NCBI GenBank assembly: GCA_035289485.1
Contig: DATDXA010000031.1
Span: forward strand, 27,807-91,806
Direction of reading: 5' to 3'
Length of the DNA stretch: 64,000 nt
From: an archaeon
GTDB taxonomy: Archaea; Iainarchaeota; Iainarchaeia; Iainarchaeales; Iainarchaeaceae
In this document: in pieces, positions 46,090 through 55,643 of the stretch
How positions within the stretch are numbered: position 1 is the first letter of the stretch
Layout of the letters: each line of letters begins with the position of its first letter
The notes under the pieces: generated by a model
What the model was told of the DNA's origin: nothing
Seen by the model: only the letters and a program-made list of their open reading frames with translations
Databases searched by the model: none
Translations under genes and position numbers: made by a program

Positions 46090-47723
46090 TAAGAGAGCTC
46101 CTCTCAAATTGGCGAATAATAGTTTTTATCGTGGCGCTGCTTGGCGCTCTTGCAATCCTCACATTCCAGGGGCCGGATTACGGGCTTGAATTCACTGGCG
46201 GAACTTATTTCCAGATAAAACTTGAAGACAGCCTCTCAACAAGCGATCTTGAACGGGTTGTCCAGCTGATTTCGCGCAGAATTGATGCATTCGGCCTGAA
46301 GGATTCAAGGGTAAATTCCCTTGGCCCTGATTTGGTGGGAGCGCAGATTGCAGAAACCGATCCCGAAAAAATAGCCGAAATAGAGGCGCTCATTAAAACC
46401 CAGGCAAAGTTTGAATCAATGCTTGATGGCAATGTGCTTTTCACGGGCGCGGATTTCAAGAACGTTTCTAAAGATCCGGCTTCCGGTTATGGAACTTTCG
46501 ATGCGGGCAATGGCACTGTGGAATGGAGGCTTCCGTTCGTTCTCAGCCAGGTTGCCGCAGAAAAATTCTCAAAAGGCATTTTTCACAAATGCACCGCTGT
46601 CGGATATGAAAATTCCGTTGTCCAATATGACTGCGCAAAAACATATTTCTTCATAGACCGGCCACAAGATGGCGTGATATTGCTTCCGCAAAGCGTCTAT
46701 GCCCAAGATTTGGCACTGCTCGCAATTGGGAATGTGGATGAGAGCATCCCTGCGGGCCTTAGCGTTGAAGAGCTGATGCAAAACTCTGGGGTGCCATATT
46801 TTGTAATTTCTGATACAAACGGAGCTAGCGAATCCCAGTTGCTTGCACTTGAATCAATTGCCGCACAAAAAAAGAAGGCGATAGTCCATTCAGGCATTTC
46901 AGGGCAGACAAAGTCATCCCTTCAGGCAATGGGCTTCAAAGTCATCGAAGTGGGCGCTTCGAGGCAAAACATTCCATGGATTTGGCTCTCAGTGGGCGCA
47001 AGGCAGGCAATTGGAATTGATCCGGAAATTGCGGGAATGAATCCATATATTGAGGATGTGAAGAATGCAAAAATATATTCAAGCCTCTACATCCGCGGTT
47101 TTTCACAGGATGCAGTGCAGGCAAGCGCTGAACTTAAAAACCTTCAAATCCTGCTTGAAACGGGTTCATTGCCAACGGCAATAGAAAGCGTCTCAAAAGA
47201 GACAATCTCCCCCTCACTTGGAGCGGATTTCCTCACCACCACATTGATAATCGGTATTTCCGCAATCCTTTCGGTTTCACTTCTAATATTCATACGCTAC
47301 AGAAAGCTTCGCCTTGCACTTCCTGTGATATTTGTGGGAATTAGCGAAGTGCTGATAACCGCGGGGTTTGCGGTGTTTGGCCACATAAGATTTGATCTTG
47401 CAAGCATGACCGGAATAATTGCCGCAGTTGGAACCGGCCTAAACGACCAGATAGTCATTCTTGATGAACTCCTAAAGGGCGGTGGCGGGGAGGGCGAGTC
47501 GAGTTATGCCAGCAGGATAAAAAAAGCATTTTTCATAGTCATAGTCGCCGCGGCAACGACAAGCGCCGCACTTGCGCCGCTCATTTTATTCTCATCATAC
47601 GGATTTGGAAAGCTTGCGGGCTTTGCAATCACAGAAATACTAGGAATAATGGTAGGAGTACTAATCAGCAGGCCAGCGTTCTCAATAATCGCTGAGCAAA
47701 TACTCAAGGCATCAAAGCGATAA
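46086..47723 (+). CDS. secD: Protein-export membrane protein SecD
   Basis: GLEFTGGTYFQIKL motif, large extracytoplasmic domain, six C-terminal TM helices. 4-nt overlap with secF. Confidence 0.8.
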   Translation: MIRELLSNWRIIVFIVALLGALAILTFQGPDYGLEFTGGTYFQIKLEDSLSTSDLERVVQLISRRIDAFGLKDSRVNSLGPDLVGAQIAETDPEKIAEIEALIKTQAKFESMLDGNVLFTGADFKNVSKDPASGYGTFDAGNGTVEWRLPFVLSQVAAEKFSKGIFHKCTAVGYENSVVQYDCAKTYFFIDRPQDGVILLPQSVYAQDLALLAIGNVDESIPAGLSVEELMQNSGVPYFVISDTNGASESQLLALESIAAQKKKAIVHSGISGQTKSSLQAMGFKVIEVGASRQNIPWIWLSVGARQAIGIDPEIAGMNPYIEDVKNAKIYSSLYIRGFSQDAVQASAELKNLQILLETGSLPTAIESVSKETISPSLGADFLTTTLIIGISAILSVSLLIFIRYRKLRLALPVIFVGISEVLITAGFAVFGHIRFDLASMTGIIAAVGTGLNDQIVILDELLKGGGGEGESSYASRIKKAFFIVIVAAATTSAALAPLILFSSYGFGKLAGFAITEILGIMVGVLISRPAFSIIAEQILKASKR

Positions 47724-47772
47724 GTTGAGCCATGTTTTTTTCGTGTTCTAAATTCACGCAAACTGGCCAGCT

Positions 47773-48261
47773 TTAAAGAAATCCTGAAAAGTCCTTAACT
47801 CCAGTGATTTTTTTCGTGAAATAATACCACAGGCCAATCACGAATGCGGCTGTTGTGAACCACGAGACGATATGCACTACTTCTCCTGCAAAAATTCCAT
47901 ACTCCTTTCCGGCAAATATCACAAGAAACACCCTCAAATAATTCAGGGCGAGCAGAAGAGCAGCTCCGGCAATGAAAATCCCGGCTTTCTGCCTTAAGGG
48001 GGGTTTCTTTAGCGAAAATATTATCGATGCCAGAATGCTTATGCTCACAATTCCTGTGCACGAAGATACGATTTCAAATGCCCCTCCCTGCACAAATATC
48101 GTGTTCCCAAAGTATTCAAGCCCGAAAAACCCCGCCACTTCTGAGGCAATCCTGTTCTGAAGGACAGAAAAATCAAGCAGAAAAATCAGCAGTTCGGCTA
48201 TTCCAAAAACCGCGAAGAACTTCACAAGAAAGGATATTTCGTTTTCCCGTATTTTCACCAA
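47773..48261 (-). CDS. Exosortase/archaeosortase-family transpeptidase (small form)
   Basis: FEIVSSCTGIVSISIL (conserved Cys in a CxG context) and LALNYLRVFLV (conserved Asn/Arg) within a polytopic membrane protein. 162 aa. Confidence 0.55.
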   Translation of the reverse strand: MVKIRENEISFLVKFFAVFGIAELLIFLLDFSVLQNRIASEVAGFFGLEYFGNTIFVQGGAFEIVSSCTGIVSISILASIIFSLKKPPLRQKAGIFIAGAALLLALNYLRVFLVIFAGKEYGIFAGEVVHIVSWFTTAAFVIGLWYYFTKKITGVKDFSGFL

Positions 48262-48779
48262 GGCACCTTTTTTAGGTTTATCTTGTATGCAAAGTAATTA
48301 GAAAGCCTGTGCACGACAAGTGTCACAGCCGCCATCACGGCAATCTGTGCAATGCCCGGCACATAAACAGGCAGCCCGAGCAGGATTCCGCCGGCTACAA
48401 AATCAAGCTGGTCAAGAAAAAAAGCCGGCTTTCCCGGAGCCATGCCGATTCTTCTCTTAAGAAAGCTCCCTGCCATATCGCCAAGTATTGCTCCAAGCGA
48501 GAGCAGAAAGCCAAGCAGCATGTAATCTGGCAGCAGCGATGCGACCTGCGCTTCAAATAGCAAATTTATCACAAACGCGGCAAGCGTTCCTATCAAAGTC
48601 CCAAAAAAGAACCCCTTGAAAGTTTTCCCCTTGCCAAATATCGGCCTTCCATCAGGAAACTTTTTCCCAAGGTCAAGAGGAGTTTTGCCGCCAAGCAGCA
48701 TTGCAGAACTGTTCGCAAAATACATTGGCGCGAGATAGAGAATAACCCCGGCCAAAAAATCCATTACCATTTTGCCCAC
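48255..48779 (-). CDS. carS: CDP-archaeol synthase (CarS, DUF46)
   Basis: FANSSAMLLGGKTPLDLGKKFPDGRPIFGKGKTFKGFFFGTLIG matches the CarS signature (AN..A...GG.PID.G..F.DG.R..G.GKT.RG). Overlaps the archaeosortase gene by 7 nt. Confidence 0.75.
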   Translation of the reverse strand: MGKMVMDFLAGVILYLAPMYFANSSAMLLGGKTPLDLGKKFPDGRPIFGKGKTFKGFFFGTLIGTLAAFVINLLFEAQVASLLPDYMLLGFLLSLGAILGDMAGSFLKRRIGMAPGKPAFFLDQLDFVAGGILLGLPVYVPGIAQIAVMAAVTLVVHRLSNYFAYKINLKKVPW

Positions 48780-48837
48780 CGCAGTAGAACCTATTTAATG
48801 ATTTATTGTTGAATACCTTTATTAGCGTGATGATGAT

Positions 48838-49806
48838 ATGCCAAAAGACTCTTTTAAAGGGCAAAAGCCCATGCAACTCGCTCCTTCCCAAGCGCTTGAT
48901 TGGCGCATTATAGCAATTATAGGGGTTGTTGCGCTCATTTTCCTCTCACTTGTTTTCATAATCATTGCAATGCCCTCAGCTGAAGGGTCAAATGCTCTCA
49001 CACTCACGGGAAATGGCATTGCAATAATCACCCTGAAAGGGGAAATCACCAACGAATCTTCAGGCGGGTTTGGTTCAACCGCCCAGACCGCCAATGGGAT
49101 AGTTGATTTAATTGATCAGGCTGAAAAGGACTCATCAATCGGCGCTATCTTGCTTGATATTGACAGCCCCGGAGGGGAAGTTGTTGCCTCCAAGCAGATT
49201 GTTTACAAAATCCGCGCCTCGAAAAAGCCAATTTACTCCTACATCAACTCCGTTGGCGCTTCAGGAGCGTACTATGTTGCAGCCGCCACAAAATATGTCA
49301 TGGCTGATGAGGACTCCATTACAGGGAGCATCGGGGTAATTTCAATAGGTTATAACCTTGAAGGCCTTCTCAAAAAAATCGGGGTCGAAGCCGAAGTGCT
49401 AAAGGTTGGCAAGTACAAGGACATGGGAAGCCCTTATAGGGAAATGACACAGGATGAGAACGCCATTCTTCAGGAAATACTTGAGCAGGCTTACCGCAAT
49501 TTCCGCGCAAATGTCCTGGAATTTCGAAAAGAAAAGCTAACTTACTCGCAGCTTGACAGCGTTGCGGATGGGCGAATTCTGACAGGGCGGCAGGCATACA
49601 ACAAAGGGCTTGTTGATGAGCTGCTAACAAGGCAGGCGGCAATTGACAAGGCAGCAGAGCTTGCGGGGATAAAAAATCCAAATAACGTGCAGTACGGCCA
49701 AACAGAATTCAGCGTATATGATTTATTTTTCTCATCTGGAAAATCATTTGGCAGCGGCTTTGTTAGCTCACTACAAGTTGAAAATGCTCCGCCAAAGATT
49801 AGCTAA
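48838..49806 (+). CDS. sppA: Signal peptide peptidase SppA (S49 family, 36K type)
   Basis: N-terminal TM, ILLDIDSPGGEV, catalytic-Ser context VGASGAYYVAAA, and ITGSIGVIS. Confidence 0.8.
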   Translation: MPKDSFKGQKPMQLAPSQALDWRIIAIIGVVALIFLSLVFIIIAMPSAEGSNALTLTGNGIAIITLKGEITNESSGGFGSTAQTANGIVDLIDQAEKDSSIGAILLDIDSPGGEVVASKQIVYKIRASKKPIYSYINSVGASGAYYVAAATKYVMADEDSITGSIGVISIGYNLEGLLKKIGVEAEVLKVGKYKDMGSPYREMTQDENAILQEILEQAYRNFRANVLEFRKEKLTYSQLDSVADGRILTGRQAYNKGLVDELLTRQAAIDKAAELAGIKNPNNVQYGQTEFSVYDLFFSSGKSFGSGFVSSLQVENAPPKIS

Positions 49807-49809
49807 TCT

Positions 49810-50505
49810 TTAAAACAAATTCACAATTGCCACTGCAACAAGTGCGCCGAAGATGCTTGCAAAGAAATTCACCTGCGTGTTTGTGAGCATCCCTCTGCGC
49901 TGAAATGTGGCGCCAAGGAAGCTGTCAAATGCGCCTCCCAAAAAGCCGGATACAACAAACGCTGCAAATGCCTTTAGCGATGCGCTCACGAAAAAATAAT
50001 ATATTGCGCCAATTATTGCCGCTGCAACAAGTGAAGCTGCAAATCCGAGCGCAGTTACTCCGCCATCAGTTCCCTTCTCAACTTTTTTAAGATTTGTTAT
50101 GAGCACTGGTTTTGCTTTTGAAATAAGCCCGATTTCAGATGAAACAGTGTCCGCAAAAGCCGCAGACACCGCGCCGAAGAATGCAATGTACTGCCCGAAA
50201 AAAAGTGCGGCTATTGCCGCTGCGCAGTTCCCAAAAATATTTGAGGATGTTCTCTGAGCGTGCTTTTCCTCGCCCTTTCTTCCAACCCAAGTTGCAAGCT
50301 CTGCTAACACATAGAACACAAGCAAAGCGAAGAATGCAACAGTGCCTCCGAATGCGAATGCCGCAATTCCTATTGCGTTAGCAATGAGTATTCCTCCGTT
50401 GCTGAGAATTTTCAAAAAAAAGGTCGCAATGCTAAAGAGAAATAGAACAACCACGACAATAGCCCACGGAGGGATGCTTTCAATCATCAATGGCCCACGC
50501 CTCAA
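49810..50505 (-). CDS. DUF92/TMEM19-family integral membrane protein
   Basis: Polytopic, Ala/Gly-rich helices. Pattern ...GGVTALGFAASLVAAAIIG...GGAFDSFLGA is typical of DUF92. Confidence 0.5.
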   Translation of the reverse strand: MRRGPLMIESIPPWAIVVVVLFLFSIATFFLKILSNGGILIANAIGIAAFAFGGTVAFFALLVFYVLAELATWVGRKGEEKHAQRTSSNIFGNCAAAIAALFFGQYIAFFGAVSAAFADTVSSEIGLISKAKPVLITNLKKVEKGTDGGVTALGFAASLVAAAIIGAIYYFFVSASLKAFAAFVVSGFLGGAFDSFLGATFQRRGMLTNTQVNFFASIFGALVAVAIVNLF

Positions 50506-51134
50506 ACAAAGGATGAATTTGCGAATTCTATCCTCTTTATTGGCACGATTTTCTTGAGCTCGGGGTAGAGCTTGTTTGGCAGGTTTCCAAAAACAAGCTC
50601 GTCGATAATCTTTTTAGAGTCAATCTCTGCGACGAATTTTTTGCAAAGCTCCTCGGTTTTCTTGTGAACGCTCGCCCTCTTTTTCCCAGATGCCTTTCTG
50701 TCCGTAACCACAATAACCTTCATATTTATGGGCTTGCCATCCTTTGTGCTGAAAGTCTTCACAACCATCACTTTGCTAGACCTTCTGCGCACAAGCCTTC
50801 TTATGAAATCATCCTTTATGAAATGCCCAGTGGCTTCCGTTTGCGCCTTGTTGCCGTTTATTGTTTTTACCTTGAACATTATCTTTATGTGCTGCTTTTT
50901 TGGCTGGTTTGCAAGGTCGCGCCCGCTGATATTTATTATCCTTCCAATAATCATTTCAGGCTTTTCCGCGACTGTTTCGCCAATCTCGCGGCGCTCAAAC
51001 TCCTCTGGCGCAACAACCGTGTACCACGATTTCTTCTTCCACTTATCAGCTGTCTTTTTCTTGGTCTTTGGCTGGGCTGCCTTTTCCTTTCCGCCCGCCT
51101 TCTCAGTTTTCTTATCTTCAACAATTGCCGGCAT
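50502..51134 (-). CDS. rps3ae: 30S ribosomal protein S3Ae (eS1)
   Basis: KKKSWYTVVAPEEF...IIGRIINISGRDL. 210 aa. Confidence 0.9.
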   Translation of the reverse strand: MPAIVEDKKTEKAGGKEKAAQPKTKKKTADKWKKKSWYTVVAPEEFERREIGETVAEKPEMIIGRIINISGRDLANQPKKQHIKIMFKVKTINGNKAQTEATGHFIKDDFIRRLVRRRSSKVMVVKTFSTKDGKPINMKVIVVTDRKASGKKRASVHKKTEELCKKFVAEIDSKKIIDELVFGNLPNKLYPELKKIVPIKRIEFANSSFV

Positions 51135-51253
51135 AAAACATCATCATCCTAATCATTTCACCAAACACGACCTGCTCGTCGGGAGGGAGCGCCCTGTCTT
51201 TGCCTTGTGGCTCGACAGGCCTTGGTTCGAAATCATTGCTCCAATCATAATAA

Positions 51254-51730
51254 TCACTTCACCAAAAGGGCCGCGGATTCAGCAGTATATCTCCATGCCT
51301 TGTCCAGTTTGCCCTTGCTTTGGTAATAATCCGTGAGCCTTCTGATTTTGCTCACTGTAAGCATGTATCCTCTCTTTGCTGTCTGGTCCTTCTTGTTTGT
51401 TGCCATGTGCTTTTGCAAAACAACCGACCTTTTTATCAGGTTCAAAAGCTCTCTTGGAATATCCGAGAGCAGCCCGTGCTTTGCAAGAACCTTCTCAACT
51501 GTAAGCCCCGTGGTTTCCTTAACATTTGGAACGCCGTACTGGTCGCGCAGAGTCATTCCGATTTCAGCAGGGGTCATTCCTGCGTTTGCGGAATCAACAA
51601 TAATTTGCTCGATTTCGCCAGAGTCGTACTCAACCCACTCGCGCTTCTTTCCCGACCTGCTCGCCTGGAGGGAGCGTTCTGCCTTCGGCAGAACTGGCTT
51701 CGCAACGTTTTCAGAATGACCTTTTGCCAT
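51254..51730 (-). CDS. rps15: 30S ribosomal protein S15 (uS15; S13e type)
   Basis: N-terminal S13e extension plus C-terminal uS15 domain (DQTAKRGYMLTVSKIRRLTDYY). Confidence 0.9.
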   Translation of the reverse strand: MAKGHSENVAKPVLPKAERSLQASRSGKKREWVEYDSGEIEQIIVDSANAGMTPAEIGMTLRDQYGVPNVKETTGLTVEKVLAKHGLLSDIPRELLNLIKRSVVLQKHMATNKKDQTAKRGYMLTVSKIRRLTDYYQSKGKLDKAWRYTAESAALLVK

Positions 51731-51908
51731 TTTTTCACTTCAACAATTTTTAGCCTTAAATCTAAAACCAATTAACTTTCCTAAAACCAAATTTACTTAT
51801 GGTGCCTTCCTGCCCTATCGGAACAGGAGAGCTAAACTTCAAAAACTGCTAACTAATCTCCCTAGAGAAACCTATAAAAACCGAAGTGTGTTATGTAGAA
51901 TATATCTC

Positions 51909-52556
51909 CTAGTAATACCGCGCCCTCGCCTCAACCTGCGCCATCTGCTCTAGCACATCCTTCGCGCCCTCAAACCCCGCGCAGTAAGCCCTCTCAACCG
52001 CTTCCCATTTTTCCATTATCTTAAAGTGCGTCGCTGCAAAGGTCTTGCGTAGCACAAGCAAATCAACCGCCTTGGATTCAACTTTAGAAGAGACTTCGCC
52101 CATCCCAAAATCAATGAACACTAGTTTTCCATTGTGCAGGATGATATTGCTTGTAGTCAAATCCCCGTGAACCAAATCGGCGCAGTGCAGCTTTGCAATC
52201 ATTTTCCCCATCTGAGTGCAGAGTTTTTCCACTTCAGAATCTGAAATGGTTTTTCCTTTGCCGCTTTTGAGCAATTCTTCCTTAAGTGTTTTCCCTTCAA
52301 TGAATTCGGTAATTATAGTCCGCTCCTTAAGGTCAATTTTCAATATCGCGGGCGTTCGAACCCCAGCTTTTTTTGCGCGCGAGAGCATGCCGCACTCCGT
52401 GCGCATCCTCTCTTTTATTATCTTTTCATCAAGCGCTTTTTCGCGATAGATCTTGGGCTCACGAATCTTCACAATGCATTTTCTGCCAAGGTATGTGCCA
52501 AGAAATATCCGCGCCTCTGCGCCCTGCTTTACAAGCCTCATAATCACTTTCCGCAT
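51909..52556 (-). CDS. bud32: Bud32/PRPK-type atypical kinase (KEOPS subunit)
   Basis: RIO-like kinase fold: GAEARIFLG P-loop, VKIREPK Lys, HCADLVHGDLTTSNIIL catalytic loop, and IDFG. Confidence 0.8.
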   Translation of the reverse strand: MRKVIMRLVKQGAEARIFLGTYLGRKCIVKIREPKIYREKALDEKIIKERMRTECGMLSRAKKAGVRTPAILKIDLKERTIITEFIEGKTLKEELLKSGKGKTISDSEVEKLCTQMGKMIAKLHCADLVHGDLTTSNIILHNGKLVFIDFGMGEVSSKVESKAVDLLVLRKTFAATHFKIMEKWEAVERAYCAGFEGAKDVLEQMAQVEARARYY

Positions 52557-53074
52557 GTTGTATCAATGTTATTTTTTAGCTGTTCAACTGCTTTAGTGGA
52601 AAAATTGAGCGCATTGGATGTTTCTTTCGAAGTAATATATTCAAGTCCCTGTACAGGCTTCACTTCTGCCTGCAGCCCAAGCGCCTTCCTTGCATATGCG
52701 AGCGCATTCGCGGCCGCCGCATCCGATGAGCCAAGGGGCCCCGCAACACTGCATTCTGAATAAGTGAAATCTATTTTGGGGTAATTTTCAGAAAGCACAA
52801 GAAGGGCCTTCTGCATATCTGAAAGGTTCATTTTCATCTGTATGATGTTTTCCTCATTTGTGCTGGAGGGATCAAGTTTTTTCAGCTCGTATTGGTATTT
52901 CGCTATTTCTTCAGGGTTTGTCGGGGATAGCCTTTCTTTTCCGATGCCAAACTTTGCATCTATTTCCCTCAGTTTTGCGGCATTATCCGGCAGGGAGATG
53001 CCAAGCTGCTGCGTGCCAAAATATAAAATGGCAACTACTGCCACAATCAAGATTATTGTCTTAAGCGCGCCCAT
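52544..53074 (-). CDS. Hypothetical N-terminally anchored extracytoplasmic protein
   Basis: Single N-terminal TM (IILIVAVVAILYF). 176 aa, no known domain. Confidence 0.4.
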   Translation of the reverse strand: MGALKTIILIVAVVAILYFGTQQLGISLPDNAAKLREIDAKFGIGKERLSPTNPEEIAKYQYELKKLDPSSTNEENIIQMKMNLSDMQKALLVLSENYPKIDFTYSECSVAGPLGSSDAAAANALAYARKALGLQAEVKPVQGLEYITSKETSNALNFSTKAVEQLKNNIDTTCGK

Positions 53075-53114
53075 GGTAACCCTGGCATAAAAAGGCTTTT
53101 CCCGTTTATTAAGG

Positions 53115-55550
53115 TTACTTTATTTCAAGCGAAACGCCAGTGCCAGGCCTTATAGGGCCGTTCCCTTTTCCCATGGAAATAACCTTAACGTTCATGGTTT
53201 TTTTGATGTCTTCTTCCACTTTTGCAAACATTCCCTCATCTTTTTCGAAAAATACCTTAACTTCCGAAATCTCAGCGTTCATTGCCATGTTTTTCTCGCT
53301 TTTGTGCTTGCGAAGTACCGCAATAATTGTTTTTGCAAGTTCTCCTGCCTTTTCCGCGCTTTCATCAAGGAGTTTTTCATCCTCCTCTGGCCATTTCTCC
53401 AAATGAACCGATGTTTCGTTCATGTATGCTTTGAAATTGGACTGGAATATTTCCTCGGTTGTGTGGGGGACAAAGGGCGAGAGCATCTTGAGAATTTCCG
53501 TAAAAATCTTCACAAGCACAGCCTTTGCAGCGCCCGAGCTTTTGTCCGATTCGCTGTAAACGCGGTGCTTTACCTGCTCTATGTAATAATCCGCGAACTC
53601 AAGCCAGAAAAAATTGCGCAGGGCCGAGAGTGCCTTGGAGTATTCGTACGATTCAAGCGCCTCTGTTGCCTCTTTTTTTGTGCGGCTAAAAATACTGAGT
53701 ATCCATCTGTCAAGTTCGTGCATGTTCTTCTTTTCTTTTTCGAAATCAGAAAGCTTTACCCCTTGCGTTTTCATTGCAACGAATTTTGCGGCATTCGAGA
53801 GCTTTGTGAGAAACTTCTTAGCGCTCAAAAACTCCTTTTCCTGGAACGGCAAATCCTCGCCAAGTGAGCCGTTTGCGGCCCAGTACCTTAGCATATCCGC
53901 CGAGTACTTCTCAACCATTTCAACGGGGTTTACCACATTTCCAAGGCTCTTTGACATCTTGCGCCCCTTTGGGTCAAGTGCGTGCCCGGAAATCATTATT
54001 TCTTTCCACGGGAGTTTCTTCTCATGGAAATAAGCCTTCACAACCGTGTTGAACGCCCAGAGCGTTATGATGTCGTGCGCCTGCGGCCGCAGGCTCATCG
54101 GGAAAATCTTTGCGTGCAATTTTTTGTCCTCTGCCCATTTTGAATTTATCTGAGGGGTAAGAGATGATGTCGCCCATGTGTCAAGCACATCCTTTTCAGG
54201 GACAAATTCAGTGCCGCCGCACTTTGGGCACTTCTTTACCAAGGGCTTATCCTGCAGCGGATCCACAGGAAGCTGCTTTTCATCGGCTGTAATTGTTTCT
54301 TCGCATTTCTTGCAATACCATAGGGGAAATGGAACTCCAAAAAATCTCTGCCTTGAAACGCTCCAGTCCCACTGCAAGCCCTTAATCCAGTTCTCAAAGC
54401 GAATCTTCATGTGCTCTGGGTGCCACTTGAGTTCATTTCCTTTTTTCAGGAACTCATCTTTCAAGTCAAGGTATTTGAAAAACCACTGCTTTGTGTTCAT
54501 TATCTCCATTTCGCTTTTGCATCTCTCATGAACTTTCACAGCGTGCCTTATCGCTTTTTGCGATTTCAAAAGGCCGGCTTCTTTCAAATCCAAAATAATT
54601 TCCTTTCTTGCTTCCCTTATTTTTTTCCCGGCGTACTTTCCTGCAAGTGCGCTCATCCTGCCATCCGGAGTAAATCCAACGCGCAAGGGAAGGCTGTGCG
54701 CAAAATACCACTCCATATCCGTCTGGTCTCCGAATGTGCAGCACATCACAATTCCGGTACCCTTCTCCGGGTCAACGCGCGCGTCCTCAAGCACAGTCAC
54801 TTCGTGCCCGGAAATCGGCACAATCACTTTTTTTTCGAGCAGTTCCTTCTTTCTTTTATCCGATGGATGGATAAAAACCGCAACGCAGCTTGAGAGCATC
54901 TCAGGCCTAGTTGTTGCGATTATTATTTCCCCGCCGCCCTTTATTTTGAAAATGAGGTCATTGAATGTAGAATCCATTTCCACATCCTCAAGCTCTGCCT
55001 GTGCAATCGCGGTTTCGCATGTGGGGCACCACATGGATGGCGCTTCCTTTCTGTACGCGCGCTTCTCTTTGTAAATTTCAAGAAAACTTTTCTGGCTTGT
55101 TTTGCGCGCAAGCGGCTCAATTGTTCTGTAAAGCAAATTCCAATCAAGGCTTAGCCCAAGCGCTTTGAAATCCGAAATCATCACATCCTCATGCTTGCGG
55201 GTTTCTTCAAGGCAGATTTTTATGAACTGCTCGCGCGTGAAATCCTTTGCCCTTATGCTTCTGCTCTTTTCAACAAGCCTCTCTGTTGCAAGGCCGTTAT
55301 CATCAAGGCCGAATGGGTAGAAAACATTGAAACCATTCATTCGCTTGTAGCGCGCAATGAAATCCGCCTGAGCGTAGGAAAAAGCGTGCCCTAGGTGCAT
55401 TCTTCCAGAAACTGTCGGGGGCGGGGTGTCAATACTGAAAATCGGCTTTTTGCTTGCGCTGTCAAAATCATATATTTTGCCCTTTTCCCAGCTTGCCTGC
55501 CACTTTCTTTCGCTTTCCAAAAACGCGTTTTTCTGTGTATTTTCCTGCAT
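53115..55550 (-). CDS. valS: Valyl-tRNA synthetase (class I aaRS with CP1 editing domain), compact 811-aa form
   Basis: PPTVSGRMHLGHAFSY (ValRS-type HIGH region), WCPTCETAIAQAELE CP1 zinc motif, DTWATSSLTP, KMSKSLGNVV. Confidence 0.8.
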   Translation of the reverse strand: MQENTQKNAFLESERKWQASWEKGKIYDFDSASKKPIFSIDTPPPTVSGRMHLGHAFSYAQADFIARYKRMNGFNVFYPFGLDDNGLATERLVEKSRSIRAKDFTREQFIKICLEETRKHEDVMISDFKALGLSLDWNLLYRTIEPLARKTSQKSFLEIYKEKRAYRKEAPSMWCPTCETAIAQAELEDVEMDSTFNDLIFKIKGGGEIIIATTRPEMLSSCVAVFIHPSDKRKKELLEKKVIVPISGHEVTVLEDARVDPEKGTGIVMCCTFGDQTDMEWYFAHSLPLRVGFTPDGRMSALAGKYAGKKIREARKEIILDLKEAGLLKSQKAIRHAVKVHERCKSEMEIMNTKQWFFKYLDLKDEFLKKGNELKWHPEHMKIRFENWIKGLQWDWSVSRQRFFGVPFPLWYCKKCEETITADEKQLPVDPLQDKPLVKKCPKCGGTEFVPEKDVLDTWATSSLTPQINSKWAEDKKLHAKIFPMSLRPQAHDIITLWAFNTVVKAYFHEKKLPWKEIMISGHALDPKGRKMSKSLGNVVNPVEMVEKYSADMLRYWAANGSLGEDLPFQEKEFLSAKKFLTKLSNAAKFVAMKTQGVKLSDFEKEKKNMHELDRWILSIFSRTKKEATEALESYEYSKALSALRNFFWLEFADYYIEQVKHRVYSESDKSSGAAKAVLVKIFTEILKMLSPFVPHTTEEIFQSNFKAYMNETSVHLEKWPEEDEKLLDESAEKAGELAKTIIAVLRKHKSEKNMAMNAEISEVKVFFEKDEGMFAKVEEDIKKTMNVKVISMGKGNGPIRPGTGVSLEIK

Positions 55551-55643
55551 ATCAATCCCTTAGGCTCTAATGCAGATATTCAATAGAATAAGGATTAAAA
55601 GGGTTGATTTAGGGCACTTTAAAAAACAGTGAATTCGCAAGGC

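Noticed and set aside
44977-47723. secF-before-secD order as an anomaly
   Set aside because: The secF-secD order with a short overlap is the usual archaeal arrangement. Not noteworthy.
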